The position numbers were made by a program, and so were the translations under genes. Source: Acidimicrobiales bacterium (GTDB taxonomy: Bacteria > Actinomycetota > Acidimicrobiia > Acidimicrobiales > Aldehydirespiratoraceae). From it: a stretch of DNA of 64,000 bases. Below, piece after piece: positions 29,401-37,045 of this stretch. The stretch covers positions 10,818 through 74,817 of the forward strand of contig JBMTIM010000007.1 of assembly GCA_049437325.1 (NCBI GenBank), read 5' to 3'. The stretch's first letter is position 1. Each line of letters begins with the position of its first letter. The notes below the pieces were generated by a model. It had not been told where the DNA came from. It did no database searches and saw only the letters and a list, made by a program, of their open reading frames with translations.

Positions 29401-31496
29401 TCTTCACGTCGGGTTCGACGGGCGAGCCTCGCGGTGTTGCGGTGACCCACGCCAACCTGGCTGCGAGCACGGCGGCACGGGATGTCTGGTTCGACGGACG
29501 TCCGGATCGTTTCCTGGTCACCTCGAGTCCGGGATTCGACAGTTCAGTCGTCGGCCTCTACTGGCCTCTCGCCACCGGCGGCACCGTGGTCGTGCCCGGC
29601 GACGACGACGTGCGCAACGTCGATCGCCTCGGATCACTGATCGAGTCGCTCGACATCACCCACACGCTGATGGTGCCGAGCCTTGCCAGCGCTCTGCTCG
29701 AACGAGCGCCGACCGCCGTCGCCGGACTCACGGTGGCCATCGTGGCCGGCGAAGCATGTCCACCGGCAGTGGTCGAACGCCATCACGAAATCGCTCCAGC
29801 TGTTGCCCTCATCAACGAGTACGGTCCCACCGAGGCCACGGTCTGGTCGACGGTGCATCGACTCACCCACGGGGACGACCCCGTCCCGATCGGGCGCCCG
29901 ATTCCAGGTGCCACGGCCCGCGTCGTCGGTGCCGACGGCTCCGCGTCACCGGCGGAGGTGGCGGGTGAGTTGTGGATTGCGGGTCCCGGTGTGACGGCCG
30001 GGTACCTGAACGACCCGGACGCCACCGCAGAGCGATTCGTGGAGGCCGACGGTCGCCGGTGGTACCGCACCGGCGACCTCGTGCGCGCGGTCGGCGGCGT
30101 GCTTCGCTTCCTCGGACGGGTCGATGATCAGCTCAATGTGGGTGGCGTTCGACTCGAACCGGCCGAGGTCGAACGATTGCTCGACACCATCGACGGCATC
30201 ACCGCATCAGTGGTCGTCGCCGTCGGCGAGCCGCCCCTCTTGGTCGCCCACCTCGAGACGGATGGTCCGATCGAGGAGGCACACCTCCGTGCCCATCTCG
30301 GTGAGCGGCTGCCAGCGACTGCCGTTCCCCGCCGATTCGTCGCCCACCCCTCCCTGCCTCGGACCCAGAACGGCAAACTCGACCGCCATGCCGCCGCCGA
30401 GCTCGCAGTGCCGAGCCCGTCGGCCGCCCCGGAGATCACTGGGGGGACCGCAACCGAGCGAGCGGTGCTCGAAGCCTGGAGCACGGTGCTCGCCCCCACC
30501 CAGATCGACCCTGACACCGACTTCTTCGCGGCCGGGGGAGACTCGCTCACCGCGGTGGCGCTCGTCACCCGAATCGGTGATGCGCTCGGACGCACGATTC
30601 CGATCTCGACCCTGCTCGCCGGCCCATCGCCAACTGCGATGGTTCAACTCCTCGAGGCGGGCGATCGATCGTCGAGACCCTTCACCACCGTGCGAATGCA
30701 GTCCGGTGCACCCGACAGTCCTCTCGTACTCATCACACCCGCCTGGTTCAGCATTTTCGGCTACAGGGACATGGTCGAGGCATTCTCCGCCGACATCGAG
30801 GTCATCGCTCTCGACTACAACCCCGAGGCCAGCATGGCCCCGATCCTGACGGTCCCTCAGATCGTGACGGCGATGGAACCAGCCCTCGACGACCTTCCCA
30901 GTGGGAAGCGACCGGTGGTGGTGCTGGGCTGGTCGATCGGCGGTGTCGTTGCAGCCGAACTCGCCACCCGACTGCTCGAAGCGGGACGGCCGGTCGATCG
31001 CCTGGTACTCGTCGACACCATCTTCCCGACCGTCGACCGGGCACAGTGGTCGGTGCGGTGGTCGTATCGATGGTGGACGGCCAAGTCGTTGCTTCGCCCG
31101 GAGGGCGTGGCTGAACTACGCGAAGAAGTGTGGAGGTTCATCCGGCGACGGTTACCCACACCGATCGATCGAGCGATCCGGTGGGTGACTCGGGAGGCGT
31201 CGACGACGCCCGACGACGCAGCGCCCGCGGCCCCCGCACAGGCCGCGGTCGTCGCTGCGCCCGTGGGAGAGGTTCCCGAACAGGCGAACTACTTCGAGCC
31301 TCGACCACTCGAACTGCCGGTCACCTTCTATCGTGCATCCGGATCGAATCCAGGACACACCAGCAAGCTGTGGCGCACCATCACACCTGACTTTGACGAG
31401 GTCGTCGTCAAAGGGAGGCACAGGACTGTCAATTCGATCATGGATGCGGGTCGGGTCGGTCAGATCACCGCCGACATCGAACGACGGCTGCGCTGA
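23478..31496 (+). CDS. Non-ribosomal peptide synthetase, two modules: C-A(interrupted)-T-C-A-T-TE
   Basis: 2672 aa. C1: HHIAIDAWG (from 23949). A1: YILYTSGSTGLPKGV (25299), FNEYGPTEA, YRTGDRVRV, GREDDQLKVNGIRLEPAEVE, then the insert, then LPAHAIPSAF (A9) and PLAASAKAD (A10 Lys). T1: DLGGASLDAL (Ser codon 27528). C2: MHHIVLGSG (28065). A2: YVIFTSGSTGEPRGV (29394), INEYGPTEA, YRTGDLVR, LPRTQNGKLDR. T2: AAGGDSLTAV (Ser codon 30543). TE: GWSIGG (Ser codon 30933). The TTG start at 23478 is uncertain; in-frame GTGs lie downstream. Confidence 0.95.
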   Translation: MDAVSSAGHSGGPQSAGTAGSVPVPVAVGPRREAVHEPTRTQRLIWASQRRYDGIPLANMGERVRIRGPLDPRRFVAAFDAVVRTVDVLRSVVEPDGSRIGVLAAPPAQTLVLDVPIDELEEWSAERIAQPIDATTCVYDSVLLHHGDDDWTWWLDIHHIAIDAWGAARLAEAVSTAYRHDGAPHDADLDNVVTGSFFDSVGPDDEAGPTRAAEWAQDAQTAGPQAPLTPYGPRGERTTRVDRCPLPRDGWHESLDEALQGPYRALSPELSLLALSAMATTIAMRRFDGRSSVVVGVPVHHRSGRSGSTAIGPMMELYPMVVTFDDNETHREMFARTVRSVMQVLRRARPGESPDTPFEIVLNVTTARWDTFAGYPARRDWVRSGHVEPNHAIRVQVFDEFDPSVEGDHVLRWELDLNRSLSIDGSHRALPRHFAAILQGILDPPADQAGRTAVVDNHERKDLAALNPRPLVRSVDRPVHDVIRERLTDTPDDIVVEHGAVTITGSEFDRRADALAHRLVADGLRLGDPVGLRMGRSIEVLIAVHGVLRAGGRFVFLDPADPVGRHETIAADAGLFTILDRLPSEAATDSDTTDAPGLPTVNLDDGAYILYTSGSTGLPKGVPISHRGLADYLDFAVESYCDPANPPWVALHSALVFDLSITSVFLSMLTGGRTVVFDTDPVEALGQISRDPRITFLKGTPSQLEILTRVADGPLSIDTFVVGGEAFRRPVADRVRVQCAGTVRIFNEYGPTEAVVGCMIHEYDPASDIGVDVPIGHAAPGSRLVVLDALGEVAPPGVWGELFVHRPGMATGYLNRPELSLERFGPPPVTDDDRLVLGDDETLLHSTVWYRTGDRVRVERLGVLVYGGREDDQLKVNGIRLEPAEVEAALVSHPGIDNALVRVWQPTDAANRIGVRRCAQCGLGVDVPGVDIDALGVCSVCRQFEEVEPQTRDWFRTPADLDDRLRTARERRTGDYDCLHLLSGGKDSTYALYQLVERGWQVHALTLDNGFISEGAKENVRRSIADLGITHEFVTTDAMNAIFADSLDRYSNVCQGCYKTIYTLAVARAEALGIPVIVTGLSRGQFFETRLVPHQFEAGRFDPAAIDATVLEARRVYHATHDAVTELLPEQRVFDDPTVLDRLEFLDFYRYVDVPLHELYDFLEHRAPWVRPADTGRSTNCLINVAGIRVHQQERGYHNYAEPYSWDVRLGHKTRDEALEELDDLIDETEVTAILGEIGYEPKTQGVLTAWYQSVDGVDLDPDELRRSLRDRLPAHAIPSAFVRLDEVPLAASAKADPDLLPAPTRFHRRGGAGVRPETPTEERLVTIWGELLGLDSVGITDDFFDLGGASLDALAVVARIDAAFGTDLPDAAVFRARTIAELAAIVDGAEAIDAPTPVDLPDGPLPLSPGEEYMLFEYRTDPINPRYNVTRLYTLEGHDEPIDIEQLETALRDVVMHHETLHTCFDRNRTTLDRTTALRFVDLGAVRHDELDDWSTRIQREPFDLDAGPLVRAHVGDLGDGRVALFLGMHHIVLGSGTFDTFWSQITRRVAGEALPDLPVSYAHHSLQQRRRHTEDDTSARFWADSFGEAEAASLRLAVDDTEPDGYLVASSSVTVAEMNAVGRTAFSTALASAGIVVSTFSGSGQVQIGITASSNDRPDTAEVIGYYLNPIALSLSVEANDTFTDLVGQAADTMEAALPHRTYPFAWVVRDARDAGRPVPDVSVMLAYERIDQPTYPGATAEQRILATGSSVADVTFFVQERGDDIRLALEYRGSVVSEQAAERLLAAFRTTLEDGVRNPTRHIAHLTEPHRGDDLDGPALDDTALVLERLIGHIDTTPTAAAVADATGRVLDYRSLGRAVDATAAAVITALDGVQPKRVGVAVARSIEMVVGLYGAQVAGGAAVPLDPTLPDTRLAAIANAAELDVVITDDPDRHRRWAPHTVAVAGPTEGDTASLVERVRTIDGSDDSYVIFTSGSTGEPRGVAVTHANLAASTAARDVWFDGRPDRFLVTSSPGFDSSVVGLYWPLATGGTVVVPGDDDVRNVDRLGSLIESLDITHTLMVPSLASALLERAPTAVAGLTVAIVAGEACPPAVVERHHEIAPAVALINEYGPTEATVWSTVHRLTHGDDPVPIGRPIPGATARVVGADGSASPAEVAGELWIAGPGVTAGYLNDPDATAERFVEADGRRWYRTGDLVRAVGGVLRFLGRVDDQLNVGGVRLEPAEVERLLDTIDGITASVVVAVGEPPLLVAHLETDGPIEEAHLRAHLGERLPATAVPRRFVAHPSLPRTQNGKLDRHAAAELAVPSPSAAPEITGGTATERAVLEAWSTVLAPTQIDPDTDFFAAGGDSLTAVALVTRIGDALGRTIPISTLLAGPSPTAMVQLLEAGDRSSRPFTTVRMQSGAPDSPLVLITPAWFSIFGYRDMVEAFSADIEVIALDYNPEASMAPILTVPQIVTAMEPALDDLPSGKRPVVVLGWSIGGVVAAELATRLLEAGRPVDRLVLVDTIFPTVDRAQWSVRWSYRWWTAKSLLRPEGVAELREEVWRFIRRRLPTPIDRAIRWVTREASTTPDDAAPAAPAQAAVVAAPVGEVPEQANYFEPRPLELPVTFYRASGSNPGHTSKLWRTITPDFDEVVVKGRHRTVNSIMDAGRVGQITADIERRLR
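26220..27273 (+). other. PP-loop ATP-pyrophosphatase / amidotransferase-like domain embedded in NRPS adenylation domain 1
   Basis: Zinc-ribbon CAQCGLGVDVPGVDIDALGVCSVCRQF, then DYDCLHLLSGGKDSTYALYQLVERGWQVHALTLDNGF (SGGxDS PP-loop; Ser codon at 26424), CQGCYKT and a C-terminal WDVRLGHKTRDEALEEL. The pattern matches my recollection of the WbpG/PseA-type N-acetyl-sugar amidotransferase family. Confidence 0.7.
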
Positions 31497-31497
31497 A

Positions 31498-31767
31498 TCA
31501 GTCGAGCGAGGTGTCGCTGCGAGCCCGCAAATAGGTGACCATCGACGCGACCATGTCGAAATGCTCGATGACGATGTCGCCGGGGTCGATCGTGATGTCG
31601 AGCCGCGATTCGATCCATTCGACGACGAGCACGATGCCGAGTGAGTCGACGAGCCCGGTCAGGACGAGATCGGTGTCGGCCTCGAGCGGATGGTCACCGA
31701 TGGCCACCTCGGCGCGGATGAACGCAACCAATTCCTCGGAGAACGCTCGGTGATCAACGCTCGACAT
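31498..31767 (-). CDS. Free-standing acyl/peptidyl carrier protein
   Basis: Track ORF trimmed to the ATG at 31767. 89 aa; the GLVDSLGIVLVVEWIE phosphopantetheine-attachment motif is present. It lies 10 nt downstream of the adenylation gene. Confidence 0.75.
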   Translation of the reverse strand: MSSVDHRAFSEELVAFIRAEVAIGDHPLEADTDLVLTGLVDSLGIVLVVEWIESRLDITIDPGDIVIEHFDMVASMVTYLRARSDTSLD

Positions 31768-31777
31768 CGGGCGCAGA

Positions 31778-33370
31778 CTACCGGTCGGTCCCGTGGTCTC
31801 CTCGGTCATCCCCCACGCCGACCGCACGACCGACCGACCGCCTGTCGACCTTGCCGGTTCCTGTCCGCGGCAAGTCGTCGAGACCGACGACGCGGGACGG
31901 CACGGCATAGCGCGGGAGCGTCGCAGCAAGCTGACGGATCAGGTCGGCGTCACGGCCGTCCACCGTCGCAGCCTCCGGCGACACGACGGCGACGAGATGG
32001 TCGTCACCGCTCGCAGGGCGGTCGACCAGCACTGCGGCAGCATCGATCCCGTCGATGTCGAGGAGGGCTGCCTCGACCGCCTCGACCTCGACGCGGTGTC
32101 CACGAACCTTGACCTGATTGTCGACACGACCCACGAAGACGAGGTTCCCATCGGACCGCTCCGCAATCAGATCGCCCGTGCGGTACCAACGTCGGCCATC
32201 CTCTTCTGCAATGGACCGTGCATCGAGATCCGGGCGGTTCCAGTACCCGCGCATCATGGTGTCGGAACTGACCAGCAATTCTCCGGGTTCACCCGGGGCC
32301 ACCGGCCCGCCCGTCTCGTCGACCAACCGAAGTACAGCGCCGCTCCACGCTCGCCCGATCGGAATCGGGGCATCGTCCGTCGGTGGGGTGTCGAGGTTGT
32401 AGACGGTGCACTGATTGACCTCGGCCGGGCCGTAGATGTTCGAAACGCGAGCGGACGGAATGGCTCGCATGGCCCGAGCAAGCGCCGCTGGAGGGAACGG
32501 TTCACCCCCGTACAGAATCCAACGCAAGCTCTCGAGATCGTGATCCTCGATTGCGCCACGGGCAACCATCTGGTCGATGACGTACGGCACCGAGTACCAC
32601 ACGGTGATGCGCTCGTCTGCAATGAGCTTCGCCAAACTCGCCGGGAATCGCAGCACACCGTCGGGCACCACCAGGACTGACGCACCGACGAGCGGTGCTG
32701 CGTACAGCTCGAAGGTGGACTGATCGAAATGCAGCGGAGCGATGTTGGCGAGCCGGTCACTCGAGTCGATGGTGTAGGTCTCCGCTGCAAGCCGTGCATA
32801 GGTGAGGCCACTGCGGTGGGTGTGGGCCATGCCCTTCGGCGTGCCGGTGGAACCGGACGTGTACATGAGGTAGGCGAGATCGTCAGGATCGACACCCGGC
32901 CGTGGTGCCGGTTCGAGCCCGGCCAGACGGTCAGCTCCGACCGTCGACGAACCGGGACCCGAAACACTGTCGGCCAGCGGCGTGACCACGCCGGTGACCG
33001 ATGTTCCCGCCATGATCGCCACAAGCACATCTCCCGATGCAGCGGTGACGAGCGCCGACGCGCCGGCATCACGCAGTACCGCGTTGGTCGCCGCCACAGG
33101 TGCGAGCGCATCGAGGGGCACCATGACAGCACCGGCACGCAGCACACCATGAACCGATGCGAACGAGTGCACCGACTTGTGCAGATGGACTCCCACCCGG
33201 TCGCCGGGCTTCACTCCCGATCGCAAGAGCGCAGTCGCGATTCGACCAGCGAGATCGCGGTACTCGCCCCAGCTCAGACGGCTCCGACCGTCGGTGATCG
33301 CTTCGGTGTCCGCACCGGCGATCGTGACTGCTGTGTCGAGCAGGTCGTCGAGCGTCTCGATTTCGGTCAC
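31778..33370 (-). CDS. Free-standing adenylation enzyme (amino acid--carrier protein ligase, DltA-like architecture)
   Basis: 530 aa with a GTG start. Motifs: YLMYTSGSTGTPKGM, NIYGPAEV, YRTGDLI, GRVDNQVKVRGHRVEVEAVE and LPRTGTGKVDRR. Confidence 0.9.
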   Translation of the reverse strand: MTEIETLDDLLDTAVTIAGADTEAITDGRSRLSWGEYRDLAGRIATALLRSGVKPGDRVGVHLHKSVHSFASVHGVLRAGAVMVPLDALAPVAATNAVLRDAGASALVTAASGDVLVAIMAGTSVTGVVTPLADSVSGPGSSTVGADRLAGLEPAPRPGVDPDDLAYLMYTSGSTGTPKGMAHTHRSGLTYARLAAETYTIDSSDRLANIAPLHFDQSTFELYAAPLVGASVLVVPDGVLRFPASLAKLIADERITVWYSVPYVIDQMVARGAIEDHDLESLRWILYGGEPFPPAALARAMRAIPSARVSNIYGPAEVNQCTVYNLDTPPTDDAPIPIGRAWSGAVLRLVDETGGPVAPGEPGELLVSSDTMMRGYWNRPDLDARSIAEEDGRRWYRTGDLIAERSDGNLVFVGRVDNQVKVRGHRVEVEAVEAALLDIDGIDAAAVLVDRPASGDDHLVAVVSPEAATVDGRDADLIRQLAATLPRYAVPSRVVGLDDLPRTGTGKVDRRSVGRAVGVGDDRGDHGTDR

Positions 33371-33412
33371 CGGGTGCCGAGGCCTTTCTGGTCGGTCGCT
33401 ACGCTTTCCTCG

Positions 33413-34402
33413 ATGTCTACCCGATCCGACCCCGATGTGTCGCTGACCGCGAACGGCTTCGACGTCGATCGATCAGCCGGTCGATTGGGTGAACTCGAGC
33501 CGGCCAACGACCTGCTCGGTGATCCTCGAGCGCTTCGGGCAACGATGCAGGAACGCGGCTACCTGTTCTTTCGCGAGCTGATCGACCCGAAGATCGTGAG
33601 CGAGGCCCGCCTCGAGGTACTCGGCAAGTACGCCGTGCTCGGCGAGATCGACGATCGCCACCCGATCGAAGACGGCATTGCGGGGGATGGGGAGGCTGTG
33701 CCCGCAGTCAACCTCCGCGCATTTTCGGAGAGCATCCGCTCTGGGTACTGGTACCGGCGGGTCACCGACGGGCCGGAGGTCCTCGGAGTTGCAGGAGATC
33801 TGCTCGACGGTGTCGTCCAGATCTTCGCCATGCGATGGCCCCGGTTCGTCCGGCCCGGAGAGGGCTGTGGCTTTCACTGTGACGGCCCGTACATGAATCG
33901 AGGGACCGACCGCATTTTCTCCGCCTGGATCCCACTCGGCGACGTCACGCCGACGGAGGGCGCATTGATGGTGCTCGAGAACAGTCATCGCTCCGAGCGA
34001 CTGCTCTCGGGGTACCTTCGGGCCGATGCTGACCGCGATGGGCTGCAGTGGCTCGACGACGATCCCGTATCGGTGCAGGAACAGTACGGGGACCGATGGC
34101 TGACCACCGATTTCGAGGCAGGCGACGTCCTGTTCTTCGGCATGCACACACTGCATGGAGCGTTCGACAACCGGTCACCGGTGGGCCGATGCAGGCTTTC
34201 CTCGGACACTCGGTACCAGCGAGCCGACGAGCCGGCCGATCCGCGCTGGAACGGCGCTGACTTCGAGGGACACGGCGGAAGCCGCGTGTTCTATCCAGGC
34301 CTGGGCCGATGGAACAACGCCGACTTCCAAGACGAATGGAAGGATGTCGACGACCGAGGGCGCATCGTCCTGCGAGAGGAGACGGATCGTGACCGAAACT
34401 GA
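33413..34402 (+). CDS. Phytanoyl-CoA dioxygenase (PhyH)-family Fe(II)/2OG oxygenase
   Basis: Track ORF 32729..34402, trimmed to the ATG at 33413 (MSTRSDPDVSL...). It contains GFHCDG (HxD) and a distal HTLHGA. Confidence 0.7.
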   Translation: MSTRSDPDVSLTANGFDVDRSAGRLGELEPANDLLGDPRALRATMQERGYLFFRELIDPKIVSEARLEVLGKYAVLGEIDDRHPIEDGIAGDGEAVPAVNLRAFSESIRSGYWYRRVTDGPEVLGVAGDLLDGVVQIFAMRWPRFVRPGEGCGFHCDGPYMNRGTDRIFSAWIPLGDVTPTEGALMVLENSHRSERLLSGYLRADADRDGLQWLDDDPVSVQEQYGDRWLTTDFEAGDVLFFGMHTLHGAFDNRSPVGRCRLSSDTRYQRADEPADPRWNGADFEGHGGSRVFYPGLGRWNNADFQDEWKDVDDRGRIVLREETDRDRN

Positions 34403-35573
34403 CGCCGAACTCCTCGCCCTCGCCCGTGCGATGACCGACCTCGACCACCCGCTGAAGCGTGAGGCCGCGGACTGGGCAGCTGCCGAACTGGGTCAGGCCG
34501 ACCTCGTCGATGCCGATCATCGGTCCGTATTCGCGATCGACGACTGGCGGCGCTGTGCCGATCGCGGCATCCATCGTCTGATGGTTCCCGAGGAACACGG
34601 TGGCCTCGGAGCCGATCGGGCCACGACACTGCTCACCCTCGAGGGCCTCGGCTACGGCTGCAACGACAATGGGCTCACCTTTGCGCTTGCGAGCCAGATC
34701 GTGAGCTCACAGGTGACCCTCGTGCGATTCGCCACCGACGAACAGCGCGAACGCTGGCTGCCAGGGCTTCTGGACGGATCGATGTTCGCCGCACTGGCGA
34801 TGACCGAACCCGGCTCGGGTTCGGACGCGTTCTCCCTGCAAGCCACGGCAGCGAAGCAGGCTGACGGGACGTACCTGCTGAACGGTCACAAGGCCTATCT
34901 GACCTTCGGACCCGTTGCGGATCTGTGCATTGCCTTTGCGTCGACCCGCCCGGAGGCCGGAAGTTGGGGTGTTTCGGCGTTCCTCGTTCCCATGGATCTC
35001 CCCGGTGTCGTCCAGGGTCCGTTGCGCGAGAAGATGGGCATGCGCACCACCCCCTTCGGTGACATCGAATTTCGCGATGTGGTCCTCCCAGCCGACGCCC
35101 TGCTGAGTCGCGAGGGGGCCGGCGCAAGCATCTTCAGCGCGGTCCTCGACATCGAACGGGCCTACGTGTTCGCTCCGCAGATCGGCGCGATGGAACGGCA
35201 ACTGCACGACGCCACGGCGTACGCCCTCGAGCGCGAGCAGGGTGGTCAACCCATCGCCCGCTACCAGGCGGTCTCTCACCGCCTTGTCGCCATGAAAGAG
35301 CGGCATGAGCACTGCCGGTTGCTGCTCTACCGGGCGGCGATGGCCGACGTCACAGGCCGAGGAATGTCGCTCGCTGCCTCTCTGGCCAAAATCGCAACCG
35401 CTGACGCCGGAATCGCCTCGTCGATCGATGCCGCCCTGCTCCACGGCGCGAAAGGGTACGTTTCGGAGTTCGAGATCGAACGCCAGCTCCGTGATGCCGT
35501 CGGCGGGTTGGTCTACTCAGGCACCACCGACGTGCTGCGCAACATCGTCGCTCGGCACCTCGGCGTCGTCTGA
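34389..35573 (+). CDS. Acyl-CoA dehydrogenase-family flavoenzyme (probably acting on an acyl/aminoacyl-S-carrier protein)
   Basis: The GTG at 34389 overlaps the PhyH stop. 394 aa. Motifs: AMTEPGSGSD, LNGHKAYLT and a C-terminal VYSGTTDVLRN in place of the canonical YEGT. Confidence 0.85.
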   Translation: MTETDAELLALARAMTDLDHPLKREAADWAAAELGQADLVDADHRSVFAIDDWRRCADRGIHRLMVPEEHGGLGADRATTLLTLEGLGYGCNDNGLTFALASQIVSSQVTLVRFATDEQRERWLPGLLDGSMFAALAMTEPGSGSDAFSLQATAAKQADGTYLLNGHKAYLTFGPVADLCIAFASTRPEAGSWGVSAFLVPMDLPGVVQGPLREKMGMRTTPFGDIEFRDVVLPADALLSREGAGASIFSAVLDIERAYVFAPQIGAMERQLHDATAYALEREQGGQPIARYQAVSHRLVAMKERHEHCRLLLYRAAMADVTGRGMSLAASLAKIATADAGIASSIDAALLHGAKGYVSEFEIERQLRDAVGGLVYSGTTDVLRNIVARHLGVV

Positions 35574-36896
35574 TCCTGCGGGTACCCCCACCGGCAGCAA
35601 CCCGTCGCGTTCGACAGCGATCTGCCGAACTGCGGCAGCGATACCCGTGAAGACCATCGCCACCCAGAACGAGCGAGGCCAGTAGACGACCTTGAGGATG
35701 ATGTCGTTGATGCCTGCATCAACCTCGAACACTCGCTCCACCACCCAGACGCCACTCAACGCAGCGAGTCCCAGCGAACTGATCACCAGAATCGGTCGAT
35801 ACAGCCGGGTCTGGCGGAGCATGAAGAGACCCGGGAACGCAATGGCGATGATGACGAGTTGTCCGATCTCGATACCCACGTTTCGCCCGAGCAGGGAGAC
35901 CAACTGCGTGCCTCGGCCGATGTCGAGTTCCTGTACGAGCCCGGCGAAGCCCATACCGTGAAAGAGCCCGAACCCGAAGGCGAGCGCCCATTCACGATGC
36001 CCGAGCACCGGGCGAAGGTTGTGGAGTGCTGCTGCACCGATCGACAGCGCGATCAGCGTCTCCACCAACTGGGAGGGCGGCAGCGGGATGAGGTCGAGCC
36101 CGGCGAGCGTGAACGTGATCGAGTGGGCGATCGTGAACATCGTGGCCACCAGCACAAGTCGCCCGAGTGAGTAGGTGAAGCTCGGTGACGGGCTCCAGAT
36201 CGAGCCCGTGAGGAGCAGCACCGAGGTCAGCAGCAGCACGAGGATGAAGAAGATGTGGTCCGGACCGGTCTTGATGTGGTCGATACCGAGGTCGATGCTG
36301 TACCGGAAGTTGCGCCACTGGTTGGTCTCACCGAAGTCGATTTCGCCACCCGGTCGTTCTGCGGTGACGATCAGGAGTTCGTTGGCCTCCTCTTCGACGA
36401 TCCCTCTCTTCCAGTCGTTGGACACCAGCACGATGTTGTTGCGGCCCGGAATCTCGTCGAGAAACGGCGCGAAGACGGTCTCCACCACCTGTGGGACTGC
36501 GTCGAGCGGCATGGCGACGGTGAACGGCAGGATCACATAGCCGTTGCCGTTCACCCCAACCCCCTCCTCGTCGAGGAGTTCGAACCCGTCGAAGGTCAGC
36601 TCCCACACCTCGCCGTCGGCCCCGATCGCGCTCTTGTCCGTTGCGTACCGCTGGAGACGGTCGAGATTGGCCTCGACCTCGGCACTGATGTCGGCGACCG
36701 AACCCGACAGACGCAGGCCGAACACCGTACGAATATCGGGGTAGGGCATCTCGACGCGGCCACTCAGGGAGGAGTCACCGACATCCATGTAGAGATACGA
36801 CTCGTCGTTGCGGTGCGCACCTGCCGGAGAGGCGGACGACACCACAATGGTGACGGCAGCCGCCGCCCCGATGAGGACCCGCACAAACCGCAACAC
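35517..36896 (-). CDS. HupE/UreJ-family membrane protein with an N-terminal secreted domain
   Basis: Signal peptide MLRFVRVLIGAAAAVTIVVSSASPAGA. HupE signature GIDHIKTGPDHIFFIL and FGLFHGMGFAG. TTG start preceded by GGGAGG. Confidence 0.7.
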   Translation of the reverse strand: MLRFVRVLIGAAAAVTIVVSSASPAGAHRNDESYLYMDVGDSSLSGRVEMPYPDIRTVFGLRLSGSVADISAEVEANLDRLQRYATDKSAIGADGEVWELTFDGFELLDEEGVGVNGNGYVILPFTVAMPLDAVPQVVETVFAPFLDEIPGRNNIVLVSNDWKRGIVEEEANELLIVTAERPGGEIDFGETNQWRNFRYSIDLGIDHIKTGPDHIFFILVLLLTSVLLLTGSIWSPSPSFTYSLGRLVLVATMFTIAHSITFTLAGLDLIPLPPSQLVETLIALSIGAAALHNLRPVLGHREWALAFGFGLFHGMGFAGLVQELDIGRGTQLVSLLGRNVGIEIGQLVIIAIAFPGLFMLRQTRLYRPILVISSLGLAALSGVWVVERVFEVDAGINDIILKVVYWPRSFWVAMVFTGIAAAVRQIAVERDGLLPVGVPAGSDDAEVPSDDVAQHVGGA

Positions 36897-37045
36897 TCAC
36901 GCCTCCCTGGCTTCGATCTCGCTGGAGACTAGCGAACGGGTGGCTCGATGCAGGACTCGCGACCCGGTTGAACAGCAACCCGAGCCGTGCCCCAACCCTG
37001 CGCCAACGGTGCCTTCCGAACGATGTGGTTCTGCAGCGGCCGCAG

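Noticed and set aside
31498-35573. Calling the A / carrier protein / ACAD trio a proline-to-pyrrole-2-carboxylate cassette.
   Set aside because: The architecture matches. But my hand-read specificity code for the A enzyme (DQFYLGIQCK) does not resemble the canonical Pro code DVQLIAHVVK that I remember, and a PhyH dioxygenase is not part of the classic cassette. The substrate is left unassigned.
36897-37045. A cobalamin or Ni/Co riboswitch upstream of the HupE/UreJ-like transporter gene.
   Set aside because: The 149-nt leader is short. The nearest B12-box-like string (AAGCCAGGGAGGCG) fails to match the consensus beyond 7 nt, and it is better explained as the GGGAGG ribosome-binding site.
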